Positions 9,968 to 20,922 are shown, counted from the first letter of the stretch. The stretch: DNA of 64,000 nucleotides from an uncultured delta proteobacterium (GCA_963727625.1 CAVSHR010000006.1:96001-160000), one strand, 5' to 3'. Made by a program: numbers and translations. The notes: generated by a model not told the origin, from the letters alone.

Positions 9968-10381
9968 ATGTCGATCGCGGGACTTCGTTTCGGACATAGC
10001 GCTTTTAAAGTCGCTAACGTCAAGCGCAGTCTTCGCTGGTACGCGGACGTCTTTGGCGCAACAAAAATTTATCAAGCCGAGGCGTAAGGCGATCGACCGG
10101 AACTGATGTTTCTCGAATTCACCAAGGGGCAGTGCGTCGAGCTATTCACCGGCGGCAAGAACATGCTGCCCTCGCCGCCGGATCCGATCGGGTACGTTCA
10201 CTTTTGCCTGGTGGTCGACGATCTGGAACAGGCGCTGGAATATCTCGCCACCATGAACGTCAAGCCGGAGCGAAAGTTTATCGGCCGGGCCAAGCAACAA
10301 ATCGCGTTTGTCTCCGATCCCGATGGCAACAGCATCGAGCCGATGGAAATCCCGCCGGATTCGGAAATTTACCGTGAGTAA
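9968..10381 (+). pseudogene. VOC/glyoxalase family protein with in-frame TAA at 10085-10087
   Basis: FGHSAFKV...YQAEA*GDRPELMFLEF...VELF...HFCLVVDD...SDPDGNSIE in one frame. Confidence 0.72.
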
Positions 10382-10419
10382 GGAATGGAAGAGTTCGCAC
10401 TGGAGAGACCAGCGGCAAA

Positions 10420-10444
10420 GGGCGGGTTTCAAACCCGCCCCTAC
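10420..10444 (-). repeat. GTAG-type REP palindrome
   Basis: Reverse strand reads GTAG-GGGCGGGTTTGAAACCCGCCC, between convergent genes. Confidence 0.75.
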
Positions 10445-10449
10445 GTTGC

Positions 10450-11313
10450 TTAATAGCCGTACTTTTTTTCCAGCGCCTTCAGCTCCTCGTTGCCCATGTT
10501 GGCGTACCATTTGCGCGTGTCTTCGATGCCGGGCGTGTTTTTGAAATAACCCGCCTCGGTGCCGTTTTTCTTGAGTTCCTCCAAGCATTGGCGCATGCCG
10601 TGCAGCGCCGCCACCTGCAACACCGTCGGTATGCAGCCGACGCGGCCGCCGAGCTCGCCCCATTTCTCCACCATCATCAGGCCGCGCGGCGGCACGCCGA
10701 CCAGCGGTTTGCCGAGCTTCGCATAGGCTTTGATGTCGTCTTCGGAGCGCGCGCTCAGCCAGGCGGCGTCGGCCCCGGCTTCGATGCAGGCCTGGGTGCG
10801 GTCCAACCGCTCCTGCAAAGAATCTTTCGCTTCCGAGCGCGCGATGATGACCAGATTTTCATCGCGGCGGGTGTCCACCGCAGCTTTGATCTTGTTGACG
10901 AACTCGGTTTTCGAAACCAAGCCGACGTCGAAGCCTTCATGGCCGGCGCGCTTGGGCGTCATCTGATCTTCGATATGAATTGCGGCCACGCCGGCCTTTT
11001 CAAATTCGCGCACCGCACGCACCACGTTGACGGCGTTGCCGTAGCCGGTCTCGGCGTCGCTGACGATTGGAATATTCACGGCGTCGACAATTTCGCGGGC
11101 GCGGTTGATCATCTCCGTCAGCGTGAGCAGTCCGGCGTCGGCGAAGCCGAGCGAACGGTGTTGCCCGCTGCCGGAAATATGCACGAGGGGAAAGCCGAGC
11201 CATTCCACCAGGCGGGCTTGGATACCGTCGTTGCAGCTCGGCGCCAGATGACAGGCGGGCTCGCCGAGCATCTTGCGCAATGCTTTGCGTTTTTCAGTTG
11301 CGGTTGCTTCCAT
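10450..11313 (-). CDS. Isocitrate lyase/PEP mutase family protein
   Basis: SLGFADAGL, DAETGYG, IHIEDQMTPKRAGH, IIARSEA, AGADA. Confidence 0.9.
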   Translation of the reverse strand: MEATATEKRKALRKMLGEPACHLAPSCNDGIQARLVEWLGFPLVHISGSGQHRSLGFADAGLLTLTEMINRAREIVDAVNIPIVSDAETGYGNAVNVVRAVREFEKAGVAAIHIEDQMTPKRAGHEGFDVGLVSKTEFVNKIKAAVDTRRDENLVIIARSEAKDSLQERLDRTQACIEAGADAAWLSARSEDDIKAYAKLGKPLVGVPPRGLMMVEKWGELGGRVGCIPTVLQVAALHGMRQCLEELKKNGTEAGYFKNTPGIEDTRKWYANMGNEELKALEKKYGY

Positions 11314-11380
11314 GATCATTCGTCCTTTCAGAGTTTCCCGTTGGAGATTTGCCGCTTCGATGCATTGGGGCACCGCGTGC

Positions 11381-12064
11381 TTACGCCCGTTGTTTCCCGG
11401 CCCTGGCGAATTCATCTCTGCGCCCGACCGTGGCTTTGAGCAGCTCGGGTGGAATCGCTTTGGCGCCGCCGAGCACTTCGGCAAAGATCGCCATTTGCGC
11501 CGCTTCTTCGACGATCAAATTCGCCCGTGCCGCGGCGCCAGGGTCGGCGCCAAAAGCGAGCACGCCGTGGCTTTCCAGGAGCACCGCTTTGGTTTTTTTG
11601 GCGGCGCTCAAGGCCTCGGCGATATTTGCAATCGATTCGGCGGAGCCGCGCGGCCCATACTTGGCGAGCGGGATACCGTCGGTCATGTCCTGGCGCACCA
11701 GGGCTTCGTAGGAGCAACCGAGGGCACGGCTTGCCAACGCGAAACTAGTCGCGTAGGTCGAGTGGGTATGCACCACGGCACCGGTGTCGGGTCGTTCCTT
11801 GTAAACGATCGCATGCATATGGACGATCTCGGCGTTGCTCGGATTGATTTCGCCTTCGAGCAGTTTGCCGTCGAGGTCCAGCAGAGCAAGGTTTTCCGGC
11901 TTCAAATTGTCAAATGAGCTGGTGGCGGTGAGCAAGATCGTGTCTGTGTTCGGCACGCGCACGCTGAAATTACCGTGATGGCTCATCGATATCGCGCCGG
12001 TGCGCACGAGCAATCTCGCGCTGTCGATCACGGCTTGACGCAGTTCTTTATGATTTAATGCCAT
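11381..12064 (-). CDS. Class II aldolase/adducin family protein
   Basis: GNFSVR, EIVHMHAIVY, VVHTHSTYA, LLESHG. Confidence 0.9.
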   Translation of the reverse strand: MALNHKELRQAVIDSARLLVRTGAISMSHHGNFSVRVPNTDTILLTATSSFDNLKPENLALLDLDGKLLEGEINPSNAEIVHMHAIVYKERPDTGAVVHTHSTYATSFALASRALGCSYEALVRQDMTDGIPLAKYGPRGSAESIANIAEALSAAKKTKAVLLESHGVLAFGADPGAAARANLIVEEAAQMAIFAEVLGGAKAIPPELLKATVGRRDEFARAGKQRA

Positions 12065-12104
12065 AGCGCCTCCTGTATGTTTGTGCGGCGAGTCCTGCTC
12101 GACT

Positions 12105-12785
12105 TCAGTGGTTTTCCAGCCGGCTGCTGAAATATTCCCAGGCCCGGTTCGACACTTCTTCACCGGAGACCTGGGGATAAATGACGGCCAGTTCTTCGTT
12201 GGTAAAATAGCGCGGCTTGCCGGCAGCCATCGCGCGCAGCTGATAATTTGCCGCCTCTTCCATCCACAGCGTCATGACGCAGACGCGCTTTACATCCTTG
12301 TCGGCGACATTCACGCCGTGGCCGCGCAACAGCATGGCGCCGTGCTGGCCCAACGTATTGGCAACTTGGTCGCCGAGCTCGCGCGTACGAATCAGCGTGA
12401 TCCGATCGAACACCCGCACGTTGTTTTTGAAGACTGCACCGGACGCGTGCAGCGGACGGATGCTTTCTCCCAGGGAGCCGAGCACCACGCAGCTCGGCGG
12501 ATGGGCATGGCAAACCGACTGGACATCCGGACGTGCCTTGTAAATGCGCGCATGAATCCAGAATTCGGTAATTGGCCGACCGTCGCCGGCCAGTTGATGG
12601 CCTTCCACATCGAGCTCCAAAAGATTGTCCAATCGCACCAGCGCCGGACTCATGCGCGGGGAAAAAATAAACCGGTCGGTGCCGGGAATGCGCGCGCTCA
12701 CGTGGCCGAAAGCCGCGGCGATGCCCTGCTGGTGCAGGATATGACTCGCCGCGACGATGTCTTGCTTGATTGATTCGAGATCCAT
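12105..12785 (-). CDS. Class II aldolase/adducin family protein
   Basis: FGHVSAR, EFWIHARIYKARPDVQSVCHAHP, LLRGHG. Confidence 0.9.
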   Translation of the reverse strand: MDLESIKQDIVAASHILHQQGIAAAFGHVSARIPGTDRFIFSPRMSPALVRLDNLLELDVEGHQLAGDGRPITEFWIHARIYKARPDVQSVCHAHPPSCVVLGSLGESIRPLHASGAVFKNNVRVFDRITLIRTRELGDQVANTLGQHGAMLLRGHGVNVADKDVKRVCVMTLWMEEAANYQLRAMAAGKPRYFTNEELAVIYPQVSGEEVSNRAWEYFSSRLENH

Positions 12786-12906
12786 CTTGCCTTGACGCCC
12801 GCTTCAGTCTCAAATCCCATACGTCAGGCGGCGGCAAATGTCCAACGCAGCATGCGCCGCACGGTAAAATTGACAGGCCAGTCGGTTGTTCGATATATCG
12901 AAGCTC

Positions 12907-14613
12907 ATGCTGACGCAAACCTGGCAGACTTCCGAGCGCAGATATCGCGTGCGCGAGGAAAGAGATTTTCAGATCCCCGTATCCGATGGCACTAAACTCA
13001 ACAGTTTTCTTTACCGGCCCGACGCCGACGGAAAATTTCCCGTAATCTTGGGAGTATGCGCCTACTCTCTCGACGACCAGGTCGCGCCGGTGATGCCGGT
13101 GGGCGCCGGCGGCATCCGCGGTCATATGGAAGCGGGCGATCCCAATTTTTATGTCGCACGCGGCTACGCGCACGTGATTATGAATGTCCGCGGCACCGGC
13201 AAGTCCGAGGGATTCTACGACTTTCTAGGTCCGAGGGAGATTCGAGACGTTTACGACGCCATCGAATGGCTGGCCAAACAGCCTTGGTGCAACGGCAAAG
13301 TCGGCATGTTCGGTCCTTCCTATTTCACCATGGTGCAGAAGCGCGTCGCCGCGCTCAATCCGCCGTCATTGAAATGCGTTTTTGCCATGTACGGCTTGAC
13401 CGATCTCTACCGCGATCTGGATTATCACGGCGGTATTCTGCACCATAATTTTCGCACCCGCTGGATTCCCAAGCTCGCCAATCTGCGCTCGAAGAATCGC
13501 ATGAGAGAAAAGCTCGGCGACGAAGAATACCGGCGCCGAGTGCAGGCGGCGTTGAGCGATCCGGAAGTCGCGTCGGTCCCGGCCTTGGTCGAAGCATTGA
13601 GGGACCCGGACAAGGGACACAACGCGTGGATCGTCGAGCCGCTCCTGTTTCCGCAGTATTCGGAATTCTGGCAGGAATGGCACGCCGCTACCCAGGGGGA
13701 GCTTAAGGTTCCCGCCTATCTCGGCAGTTGTTGGGGCGTTTACGGCATTCATCTCGCCGGCGATATGCGTTCCTGGGAGCAGTGGCAGGGACCGAAAAGA
13801 TTTACCCTCGGACCGCCGATCTATCTCGACCGGCCGGTTTATCAATACCACTATGAATCGCTGCGCTGGTTCGATCTCTGGCTCAAGGACAACGACACCG
13901 GCATCATGGACGAGCCGCCCGTCCAGGTGTTTCTCGATGGCAGTAACGGTGAATGGATCGAGGCCCAGCAGTGGCCGCTGCCGCAGACACGCTGGACGCC
14001 GTTCTATTTGCACGAGCATGGTCTGCTCTCCGAGCATGAATTCTGGGCCGATGAACCGCCTACGGTGTATATCGATTCGCCCTACGAGCGCGGCAGCGCT
14101 CTGTTTCGAACGCCGGCGGTGGTCGAAGCCACAGATGTCTGCGGGCCGATATCTTTGACACTCTACGCCTCGACGACCGACAACGAAGTTTTATGGTTTG
14201 TCCAGATACTCGAAGTCGACCCGCAGGGCAGCGAACGTTTGTTGACGCGCGGTTGGCTGAGAGGCTCACAGCGCCGCCTCGATCCGAGCCGCTCCAAGCC
14301 CTGGGCGCCTTATCACACGCACGAACGGCGCGAGCCGCTGATGCCCAATGAGATATACGAATTCAATATCGAGATTCGGCCTTACGGCATCCGCCTCCGC
14401 CCAGGCCATCGCCTGGCAATTCGCATCTCCGGCCACGACGGCGATCCGCCGACGCACCATCTGCACGGCATCGCCTCCGGCCATGTGGCGCGCCAATCGA
14501 GTTCGCGGGTGACGATCTATCACGACGCCGAGCATCCGTCGCATTTGCTTTTGCCGGTGACGCGCGGCAACCGCATCGGCACGTTTATCTCGGGGGGACA
14601 GATTACAAGCTAG
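12907..14613 (+). CDS. CocE/NonD family serine hydrolase
   Basis: RGTGKSEG, DAIEWLAKQPWCNGKVGMFGPSY, C-terminal jelly-roll ending HPSHLLLP. Confidence 0.9.
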   Translation: MLTQTWQTSERRYRVREERDFQIPVSDGTKLNSFLYRPDADGKFPVILGVCAYSLDDQVAPVMPVGAGGIRGHMEAGDPNFYVARGYAHVIMNVRGTGKSEGFYDFLGPREIRDVYDAIEWLAKQPWCNGKVGMFGPSYFTMVQKRVAALNPPSLKCVFAMYGLTDLYRDLDYHGGILHHNFRTRWIPKLANLRSKNRMREKLGDEEYRRRVQAALSDPEVASVPALVEALRDPDKGHNAWIVEPLLFPQYSEFWQEWHAATQGELKVPAYLGSCWGVYGIHLAGDMRSWEQWQGPKRFTLGPPIYLDRPVYQYHYESLRWFDLWLKDNDTGIMDEPPVQVFLDGSNGEWIEAQQWPLPQTRWTPFYLHEHGLLSEHEFWADEPPTVYIDSPYERGSALFRTPAVVEATDVCGPISLTLYASTTDNEVLWFVQILEVDPQGSERLLTRGWLRGSQRRLDPSRSKPWAPYHTHERREPLMPNEIYEFNIEIRPYGIRLRPGHRLAIRISGHDGDPPTHHLHGIASGHVARQSSSRVTIYHDAEHPSHLLLPVTRGNRIGTFISGGQITS

Positions 14614-14830
14614 CGATCGTCGGTGTGGGAACGGCTAAGGACTGGCACATCGATCTCCGTGAGGATACCTTCGGCGGCGTTGTCGCGTAGCTGAAAGGGC
14701 GTTTGTCTGGGTCAAGAAGCGCCACGAAAATGAAACCGGCCAGGTTCGAAAATCCCCCTGCGAGATTACCATCGATGGTCAGTGGCGCACGCTTTGATCG
14801 GAACTGCGGTCAGCACACTTAAGAAACCTT

Positions 14831-15922
14831 TCAGTCGAAATGATACAAGCGCTGCGGGTTTGCCGAGAGGATTTTCTCGACGGTCTGATCGCTCAGATCG
14901 CCGCGAGCTTTTAACCCGTTGGCGAGTTGATCCTGGCGAAAGGCATCGCCATGGGGAAAGTCGGTCGCCGTCACTAAAAAATCGTCGCCGATCTTGCTTT
15001 TGATGTAGGGAATGTCGTCATCGATGGCGCAGGAGACGAAGACACGCTCGCTGAGCCATTGATCGATCTTGTCGCCTTTGGTGGCGCGAAGCCCTTTGAC
15101 GAGCCGTACGGTCCAATCGGCGCCCGCTTCCAAAAACCCGACGCGAAGCTTGGGAAAATCGTCAAGCAGTTTCGAGCCGAGTATTTGCTGAAACGCATAG
15201 AGCACATAGGGGCCGCTGACTATGCCTTTGCCGAGCGGATGGACATGGGGACGCGAGTCGTCATAGGCCGGCCGCGGCACCCCTTGGAACATTTCCCGAA
15301 TCATCGGGCTCGATCCGTTGCCGACATGCACCGTAACCGGCAAGTCCTGGCGTTCCGCTTCTTCGTAAATCGGCCAATGATCGGGATGCGTCAGCGGCCG
15401 GTCCCATTCGATGCCGCGCGCGTAGATTCCCACAACCGACCCGAGTGTCTTGACGCGGCGCATTTCTTTAACCGCCATGTCGGGACGGCGCCATGGAACA
15501 ATCGCGACATATCGAAGGCGGCCGCCCGATTGGCCGCACTGGCCGGCCATGAATTGGTTGTAGCTCCGCGCCAACGCCGCTTCCAGCTCGACGTTTTCCG
15601 CCAGGCAGCCAAGCCAAATCGAGGGAAAGACCACTTGCGTGTCGATGCCTAGTTCGTCCATGTAACTCAGGCGCTTTTCGACATTGCGCATTTCCTGCAC
15701 CGGGATCGGCACGTCTTTTTCCTGCGCGCGCCGCATCGTCGTCGGGTTGGCGGCAAAGAAGCGCAGCTTGTAGTCGATCACCCAGGCGGCGTTGTGCGTG
15801 CCGAAACAGGTGTCTTCCGGAAACGTCACCGGGATCGGCCGCAGCAGATAAAATTTCGGATCGAGAGACTGCCAAGTTTCGACGCACTCTTCGACATGGG
15901 CGTCGCAATCGATAACTTTCAC
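14831..15922 (-). CDS. Amidohydrolase-2 family protein
   Basis: IDCDAHVEE, TVHVG, FLEAG, TDFPHGD. Confidence 0.9.
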   Translation of the reverse strand: MKVIDCDAHVEECVETWQSLDPKFYLLRPIPVTFPEDTCFGTHNAAWVIDYKLRFFAANPTTMRRAQEKDVPIPVQEMRNVEKRLSYMDELGIDTQVVFPSIWLGCLAENVELEAALARSYNQFMAGQCGQSGGRLRYVAIVPWRRPDMAVKEMRRVKTLGSVVGIYARGIEWDRPLTHPDHWPIYEEAERQDLPVTVHVGNGSSPMIREMFQGVPRPAYDDSRPHVHPLGKGIVSGPYVLYAFQQILGSKLLDDFPKLRVGFLEAGADWTVRLVKGLRATKGDKIDQWLSERVFVSCAIDDDIPYIKSKIGDDFLVTATDFPHGDAFRQDQLANGLKARGDLSDQTVEKILSANPQRLYHFD

Positions 15923-15974
15923 TGGATGATTCTCCCTATACAGCGAAAAAACATGATTCGCACTTGGCGGTTGT

Positions 15975-17138
15975 CTACTTTACAACGCCTTGGCCGCGCA
16001 AGTCGCTCAGCGCCGAAGCGCTGAGACCGAGAACCTCGCCGAGGACCTGGTCGGTGTGCTGGCCGATAGCCGGAGAGTCTTCGCGAATACTGGGCGGCGT
16101 CTTCGACATGTGAATCCACGGCGCGAGCAATTTGACTGGACCGGCGATGGGGTGATTGCGCTCGATGAAGGCGTTTCGCTCTTTGATATGCGGATCGTCG
16201 ATGACTTCGCCCATCGACAACACCGGCGCGCCGAAATAGTCGATTTCGCGCAGGCCGTTCCAAAGCTCCTGGCGTGTTTTTCCGCTCACCCAAGTTTTGA
16301 TCAGCTCGAATAACTCAGAACGATGCTGTTTTCGCGCCGCTGCGGTTGCAAATCTAGAATCTTCGAGCAAGTCGTCGCGGCCCATGAACTTGGCGAGTGT
16401 GACCCAGCCGCTGTCGCTCAGATCAGGAATGCGCAAGGTAAAGTAGCCGTCGGCCGCCGGCACGGGTTTGTTGCCGATCTCGATGCCGATGAAGTGCTCG
16501 TGAAATTCGCTGATCATGAAACCGAGCAGCGCTTCCTGCATCGATACGACGATTCTCTGCCCTTCGCCGCTGCGCTCGCGGGCATGGAGCGCCGCGAGAA
16601 TGCCGCATGCCATGCTGACGCCGGCGGCCTCGTCGCCGATGCCGATCGCCTTGGTGCCCGGCGCGCCGCTGTAATTCCATCCGGTGTGTGTCCAGCCGGT
16701 CATGCTATTGTTGGTGTGCGCGGTGCTGCCGTAATCTTTGTACGGTCCACTCTCGCCGAAGCCGCGCGAGCAGGCGTAGATGAGCCGCGGATTGATTTTC
16801 TTCAGGTCTTCGTAGCCCAGACCGAATTTTTCCATCGTCCCGGTATGGTAATTTTCCACCACGACGTCCGCCTTGGCGATCAGTTGCCGTGCCAGGTCCG
16901 CGCCGCGCGGGCTCTTGAGATTGAGCACGACACTTTTCTTGTTGGCGTTGATCCACAGGAATTCGTAACCGTCGACTTTGCTGTTGGGCGGCATCCACGA
17001 GCGGCGAAAACCGTCGCCGGCAGGCGGTTCGATCTTGATGATCTCCGCGCCCATATGGCCGAGCATCATAGTGCAAAACGGTCCGTTCAAAGCGTGGGTG
17101 AAATCGATCACCCGAATGTCGTCGAGCGCGCCGGCCAT
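15975..17138 (-). CDS. CaiB/BaiF family III CoA-transferase
   Basis: DFTHALNGPF, GAEIIKIEPP, NANKKS, catalytic Asp in IGDEAAG, PAIGQHT. Confidence 0.92.
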   Translation of the reverse strand: MAGALDDIRVIDFTHALNGPFCTMMLGHMGAEIIKIEPPAGDGFRRSWMPPNSKVDGYEFLWINANKKSVVLNLKSPRGADLARQLIAKADVVVENYHTGTMEKFGLGYEDLKKINPRLIYACSRGFGESGPYKDYGSTAHTNNSMTGWTHTGWNYSGAPGTKAIGIGDEAAGVSMACGILAALHARERSGEGQRIVVSMQEALLGFMISEFHEHFIGIEIGNKPVPAADGYFTLRIPDLSDSGWVTLAKFMGRDDLLEDSRFATAAARKQHRSELFELIKTWVSGKTRQELWNGLREIDYFGAPVLSMGEVIDDPHIKERNAFIERNHPIAGPVKLLAPWIHMSKTPPSIREDSPAIGQHTDQVLGEVLGLSASALSDLRGQGVVK

Positions 17139-17404
17139 GGGGTACCTCCGTAGTTAGGAAAAGATGAAGGATAAAGGCGGAAGGATGGAAATGCCCTCCG
17201 CGTTGCGTCCCTTCGATCGAGTCATTTTGATTGGCCGGACAATAACACGAAATAACCTGGACACAACAGAAATTCGACCGATGCTCCTCTCCATTAGCCC
17301 TGCACGAAAACTTGACAGAATGTCTGCGTCGGGACTAGCGTACGCGCTGTAGTCTCGAATTGTCTAGAACAGGATTCACCTGCGGCAGCGACCGAGGAGG
17401 GGAA

Positions 17405-18492
17405 ATGGCGATACGATTTCAGCGCATCTTCGCATTCACGTTCTGCATGATCTTTTGTTCTTGGTTCAGTTCCGCGGCTATGGCCGCGACGGTGGCGGAG
17501 ATCGCTCTGATGAAATCCGCCGACCGTGAAAAGATTCTCGTCGAGGGAGCGAAGAAAGAAGGCAAGCTGTTGTTCTACACCGGCCTGATCGTCGACCAGG
17601 TCGTGCGCCCGGTCAAAGCCGCCTTCGAGAAAGAATATCCGTTTCTCCAAGTGGAGTTTTTCCGCGGCAACGCCGACCGGCTGGCGCAAAAGATGTTGGC
17701 CGAATATCAAGCGAAACGCTACGAGGTCGATGTCGTCAGCGGCAGCTCCGCGGCAACGATCCTGCGGCACGCCGGTGTGATGCAGCGGTTTTATTCGCCG
17801 CCCATCGCCGAGTATCCAAGCGAGCTCAAAGACGCCAACGGTTTCTGGGGCAGCACCAATGTTTACTTCATGACCCTCGGCTACAACACGAAAATGGTCA
17901 AAGCGAGCGAGCTGCCGAAAACTTACGAGGACCTCCTCAACCCGCGTTGGAAGGGGCAGATGATGTGGTCGACCAGCCGTGGCTCGGGCGCGCCGCAGTT
18001 CATCGGCAACATTCTTGCTCACGAAGGGTGCAGGAAGCCGGCAAAGCCTATCTGCAAAAGCTGAAGCAGCAACATGTCGCCAAAAGCACCGCCAGCGCTC
18101 GCCAGATTCTCGATCTGGTGATCGCCGGCGAGTATCCGATGGCGATCCAGATTTTCAATCACCATGCTTACATCAGCAAGAAGGCCGGCGCGCCGGTCGA
18201 TTGGCAGCCGCTGGAACCGGTGACCGCGACAGTCAATTCCGTCGGCCTTGCCATAAACGCCCCGCACCCGCATGCGGCGATGCTGTTTCTCGACTTCGTG
18301 CTTTCGAAGATAGGCCAGAAAGTGTTTCAAGCGGCCAATTATCTGCCCGCGCACCCGGATATTCCCGCGCTGCAAGCCGACTTGAAACCCGGCGGCGGCC
18401 GGTTCAAGAAAGCTAATTATCTAAGCCCGGAAATTCTCTTCGACAAAAGCAACGAATGGTCGGACTATTTCGATAAAGAGTTTTTGCGCTAA
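17405..18492 (+). CDS. ABC transporter substrate-binding protein (Fe3+/thiamine-type), frameshifted near 18020-18040
   Basis: Signal peptide, AKKEGKL and PKTYEDLLNPRWKG in ORF 17360..18064; APHPHAAMLFLDF in the overlapping ORF 17947..18492. Confidence 0.8.
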
Positions 18493-18618
18493 CTCTTGCA
18501 GAGAAGAAACCCAGGCATGGCATGAACTCGGTGGTAGTGGCATACTAGGATTGGCCTTGGCTTGTATGGTGTGGTTGTTAGTTGGATGTACTTAAAATGC
18601 AGATGAGGGTTCGTAACC

Positions 18619-18819
18619 ATGTCGAAAGTAGAAAAGCTCAAGATGGAAATTGACGCACTCCCTAAGGATGAGTTTGCCGAGATCGTCCGCTGGTTGTCGG
18701 AGAAAGATTGGGACGCATGGGATCGGGAGATCGAAGCTGATTCGCAAGCTGGCAATCTAAATTTTCTGGTACGCGAGGCGCGCGACGCTAAAACAAAAAA
18801 AACACTCAAAGACTTGTGA
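18619..18819 (+). CDS. Small antitoxin-like protein
   Basis: 66 aa with WDAWDREIEAD; overlaps the downstream ParE-like gene by 4 nt. Confidence 0.65.
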   Translation: MSKVEKLKMEIDALPKDEFAEIVRWLSEKDWDAWDREIEADSQAGNLNFLVREARDAKTKKTLKDL

Positions 18820-19079
18820 GCCACCGAACAACTCCTCGGTTTTGGTCATGCCTCGGACGGTTGCCGGAATCGGTCCAGGGAGTAGCGCGACGAAATTTCA
18901 ATCTCCTCAAACAAAATCCTGCACACCCATCTCTCCGCTTCAAAAAGGTCGGCAAACTCTGGTCCGTAAGGGCAGGACCGCATCATCGAGCGTTAGCGGT
19001 CGAGGATGGCGCGGATTTTATCTGGGTTTGGATCGGGCGACACGATGAGTACGAGCGACTGATGAAGCAGCAGGGCTAG
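18816..19079 (+). CDS. ParE/RelE-like toxin
   Basis: HRTTPRFW...LLKQNPAHPSLRFKKVG..WSVR...WVWIGRHDEY. Confidence 0.75.
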   Translation: MSHRTTPRFWSCLGRLPESVQGVARRNFNLLKQNPAHPSLRFKKVGKLWSVRAGPHHRALAVEDGADFIWVWIGRHDEYERLMKQQG

Positions 19080-19209
19080 CTTCTATCGGAGATAGTCACT
19101 GGAGCCGGGTGTAAAAAAGAAATTTCTCTGTCTCGCCAAAGTCGCCCCCACTTGCTTTTTGCGAAGCTTTTTGTCGATTGACTCATACAGTGTAGCGCCA
19201 GGAGGGCCC

Positions 19210-19581
19210 ATGACGACAGTACGCCTGTATTTGATGACACGGCAAACGCTCGTTCAGTTGCATCGAAAAATCAGGTTTCAGCGTGTGCCATGCGTCGGCG
19301 AGTGGTTGAGGTTCGAACGTAGCGGGTTATTGCCGCACCATATTACTGAAGTGGAGCACGACGAGCTTGGACATGTTGAAGTCGTAACAGGTCTTCAGAA
19401 AGATGATACCGATAAACTCTTGTTTCACGAAACCGCCGAGGACCTTGAATATAATGTTGACGAGTTAGTCAAAGGCGGCTGGAGGGTGGTTTCGAAAACG
19501 CCAAATCGATATTGGGGGAAAAGGCGGGCTAGCGCCTGGAGCGATTGGCACCACGCGAGGCGAAGCGACGCCGATGAATGA
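19210..19581 (+). CDS. Hypothetical protein
   Basis: GGAGGG RBS and an open frame in intergenic space; no motif recognised. Confidence 0.45.
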   Translation: MTTVRLYLMTRQTLVQLHRKIRFQRVPCVGEWLRFERSGLLPHHITEVEHDELGHVEVVTGLQKDDTDKLLFHETAEDLEYNVDELVKGGWRVVSKTPNRYWGKRRASAWSDWHHARRSDADE

Positions 19582-19770
19582 TGATAGGGTCCGACAGGAA
19601 ATCTGGGCGGCAATCAGAACGTTGGAGCTCTTTGACAAAACTGTGAGGGGACTTGAGACTGCTTCGCTCCTAGGTGGCAAGCTCGGTGAATTTAGCGAAT
19701 GGCGTGACCGTAGGAAAAAGGACCCGGATCGCTGAGGCTCCAGGATCATTTTTAGTTTGAACGGATTCGG

Positions 19771-20857
19771 CTACAGCCCATAAAATATCTTCGCGTTGTC
19801 GTAAAGAATTTTCTGCACGGCGGATGTGCGAAATCTCGCCCTTCTCGGCGCGCTCTTTCAGTAACTTGGGAAATTCGTACTCCATCGATGAATCGCGGTG
19901 GGTGTAGTCGGAGCCGACCATTAGGCTATCTTCGCCCGCGACTTTGAGGATGTAAGGCAAGTCTTCGTCGACCTGGCAGGTGACGTACATACGGTTTTCT
20001 TTGAGCAATTCCGACGACAGCGTGTAGCGGGCGAATTGGCTGAAGGTGCCTGCGCCGTCGGCGGCTTTTTCCATGCGCCGTTTGAGTTCCCAAGCAATAA
20101 ACGGAATCCACGAACAGCCCGCTTCGATGATGCCGAAGCGAAGTTTGGGAAACTTTTGCGGCAGTCGATGGCGGATGATCGTATGGAAAGCGTGAACGGT
20201 CGGGAGCTGGGAGCGCATGAACGAGCCCAGAGAAAATTCCCGCGCCGGCACGAAATCGGGCGTACCGGAGCCGATGTGGACGCAGATTGGCAAGTCCAAT
20301 CGATTCGCCTCCTCGTAGAGCGGGAAGAAGTAGGGATCAGCGGGCCACTTGCCGGCTTCCAGATCACCTTTTTTCAAGATGCCGCAGGCGCCGTGATCTT
20401 TGGCGAACTGCAATTCCTTGATCGCTTCGTCCATATTCATCAGCGGCGGCAGGCAGACCCAGCGCAGCCGGCCATGCGACTCGGCGCAGCGGTCGGCGAG
20501 CCAGCGGTTGTAGCTGCGCCTGAGCGCGGTGGAAACTTCCGGGCGCTCGGTGGCTTCCATTAAAAACAGCGTCGGGTAAAGCACCTGGACCTGAGTTCCC
20601 ATCGCGTCCATGTCGCGCAGGCGCGCCTGGACGTCCAGCAACTCGCGGGTTTCCACTGTCGTGCGCGTATTGTTATCGTCGCGCACGAAGCGCATCTGCC
20701 GGTGGCCGTCGATCAGCCAATAGCGCACCGGGTTTTTTGACGGATCGACGCGCGCAGGATTCTGAGTAATCGGTTTGAATTCCTGCTCGAAATCCCGCAG
20801 GTATTCCCAAGTCGCTTCGGTTTCATCGATATGAGTATCGGCGTCGATGATCGGCAT
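19771..20857 (-). CDS. Amidohydrolase-2 family protein, frameshift near 19825
   Basis: IDADTHIDE, CVHIG, IEAG, GSDYTHRD; the canonical end AVQKILYDNAKIFYGL* lies in another frame. Confidence 0.85.
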
Positions 20858-20922
20858 ATCGCACCTCCGATTTTCTTCGGAGATAATAATCACAAAAAAT
20901 AGGAACGGCGCAATGGCCATTT

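Noticed and set aside
10085-10087. Stop-codon recoding in the VOC gene
   Set aside because: The codon is TAA, not TGA or TAG, and it is not at a catalytic position.
17947-18064. Programmed ribosomal frameshift in the ABC binding protein and amidohydrolases
   Set aside because: No slippery heptamer or stimulatory structure seen; assembly indels are the simpler explanation.
18488-18585. Possible integron attC site (TAAC...GTTAG) before the ParE-like pair
   Set aside because: No convincing internal palindrome and no integrase in the window.
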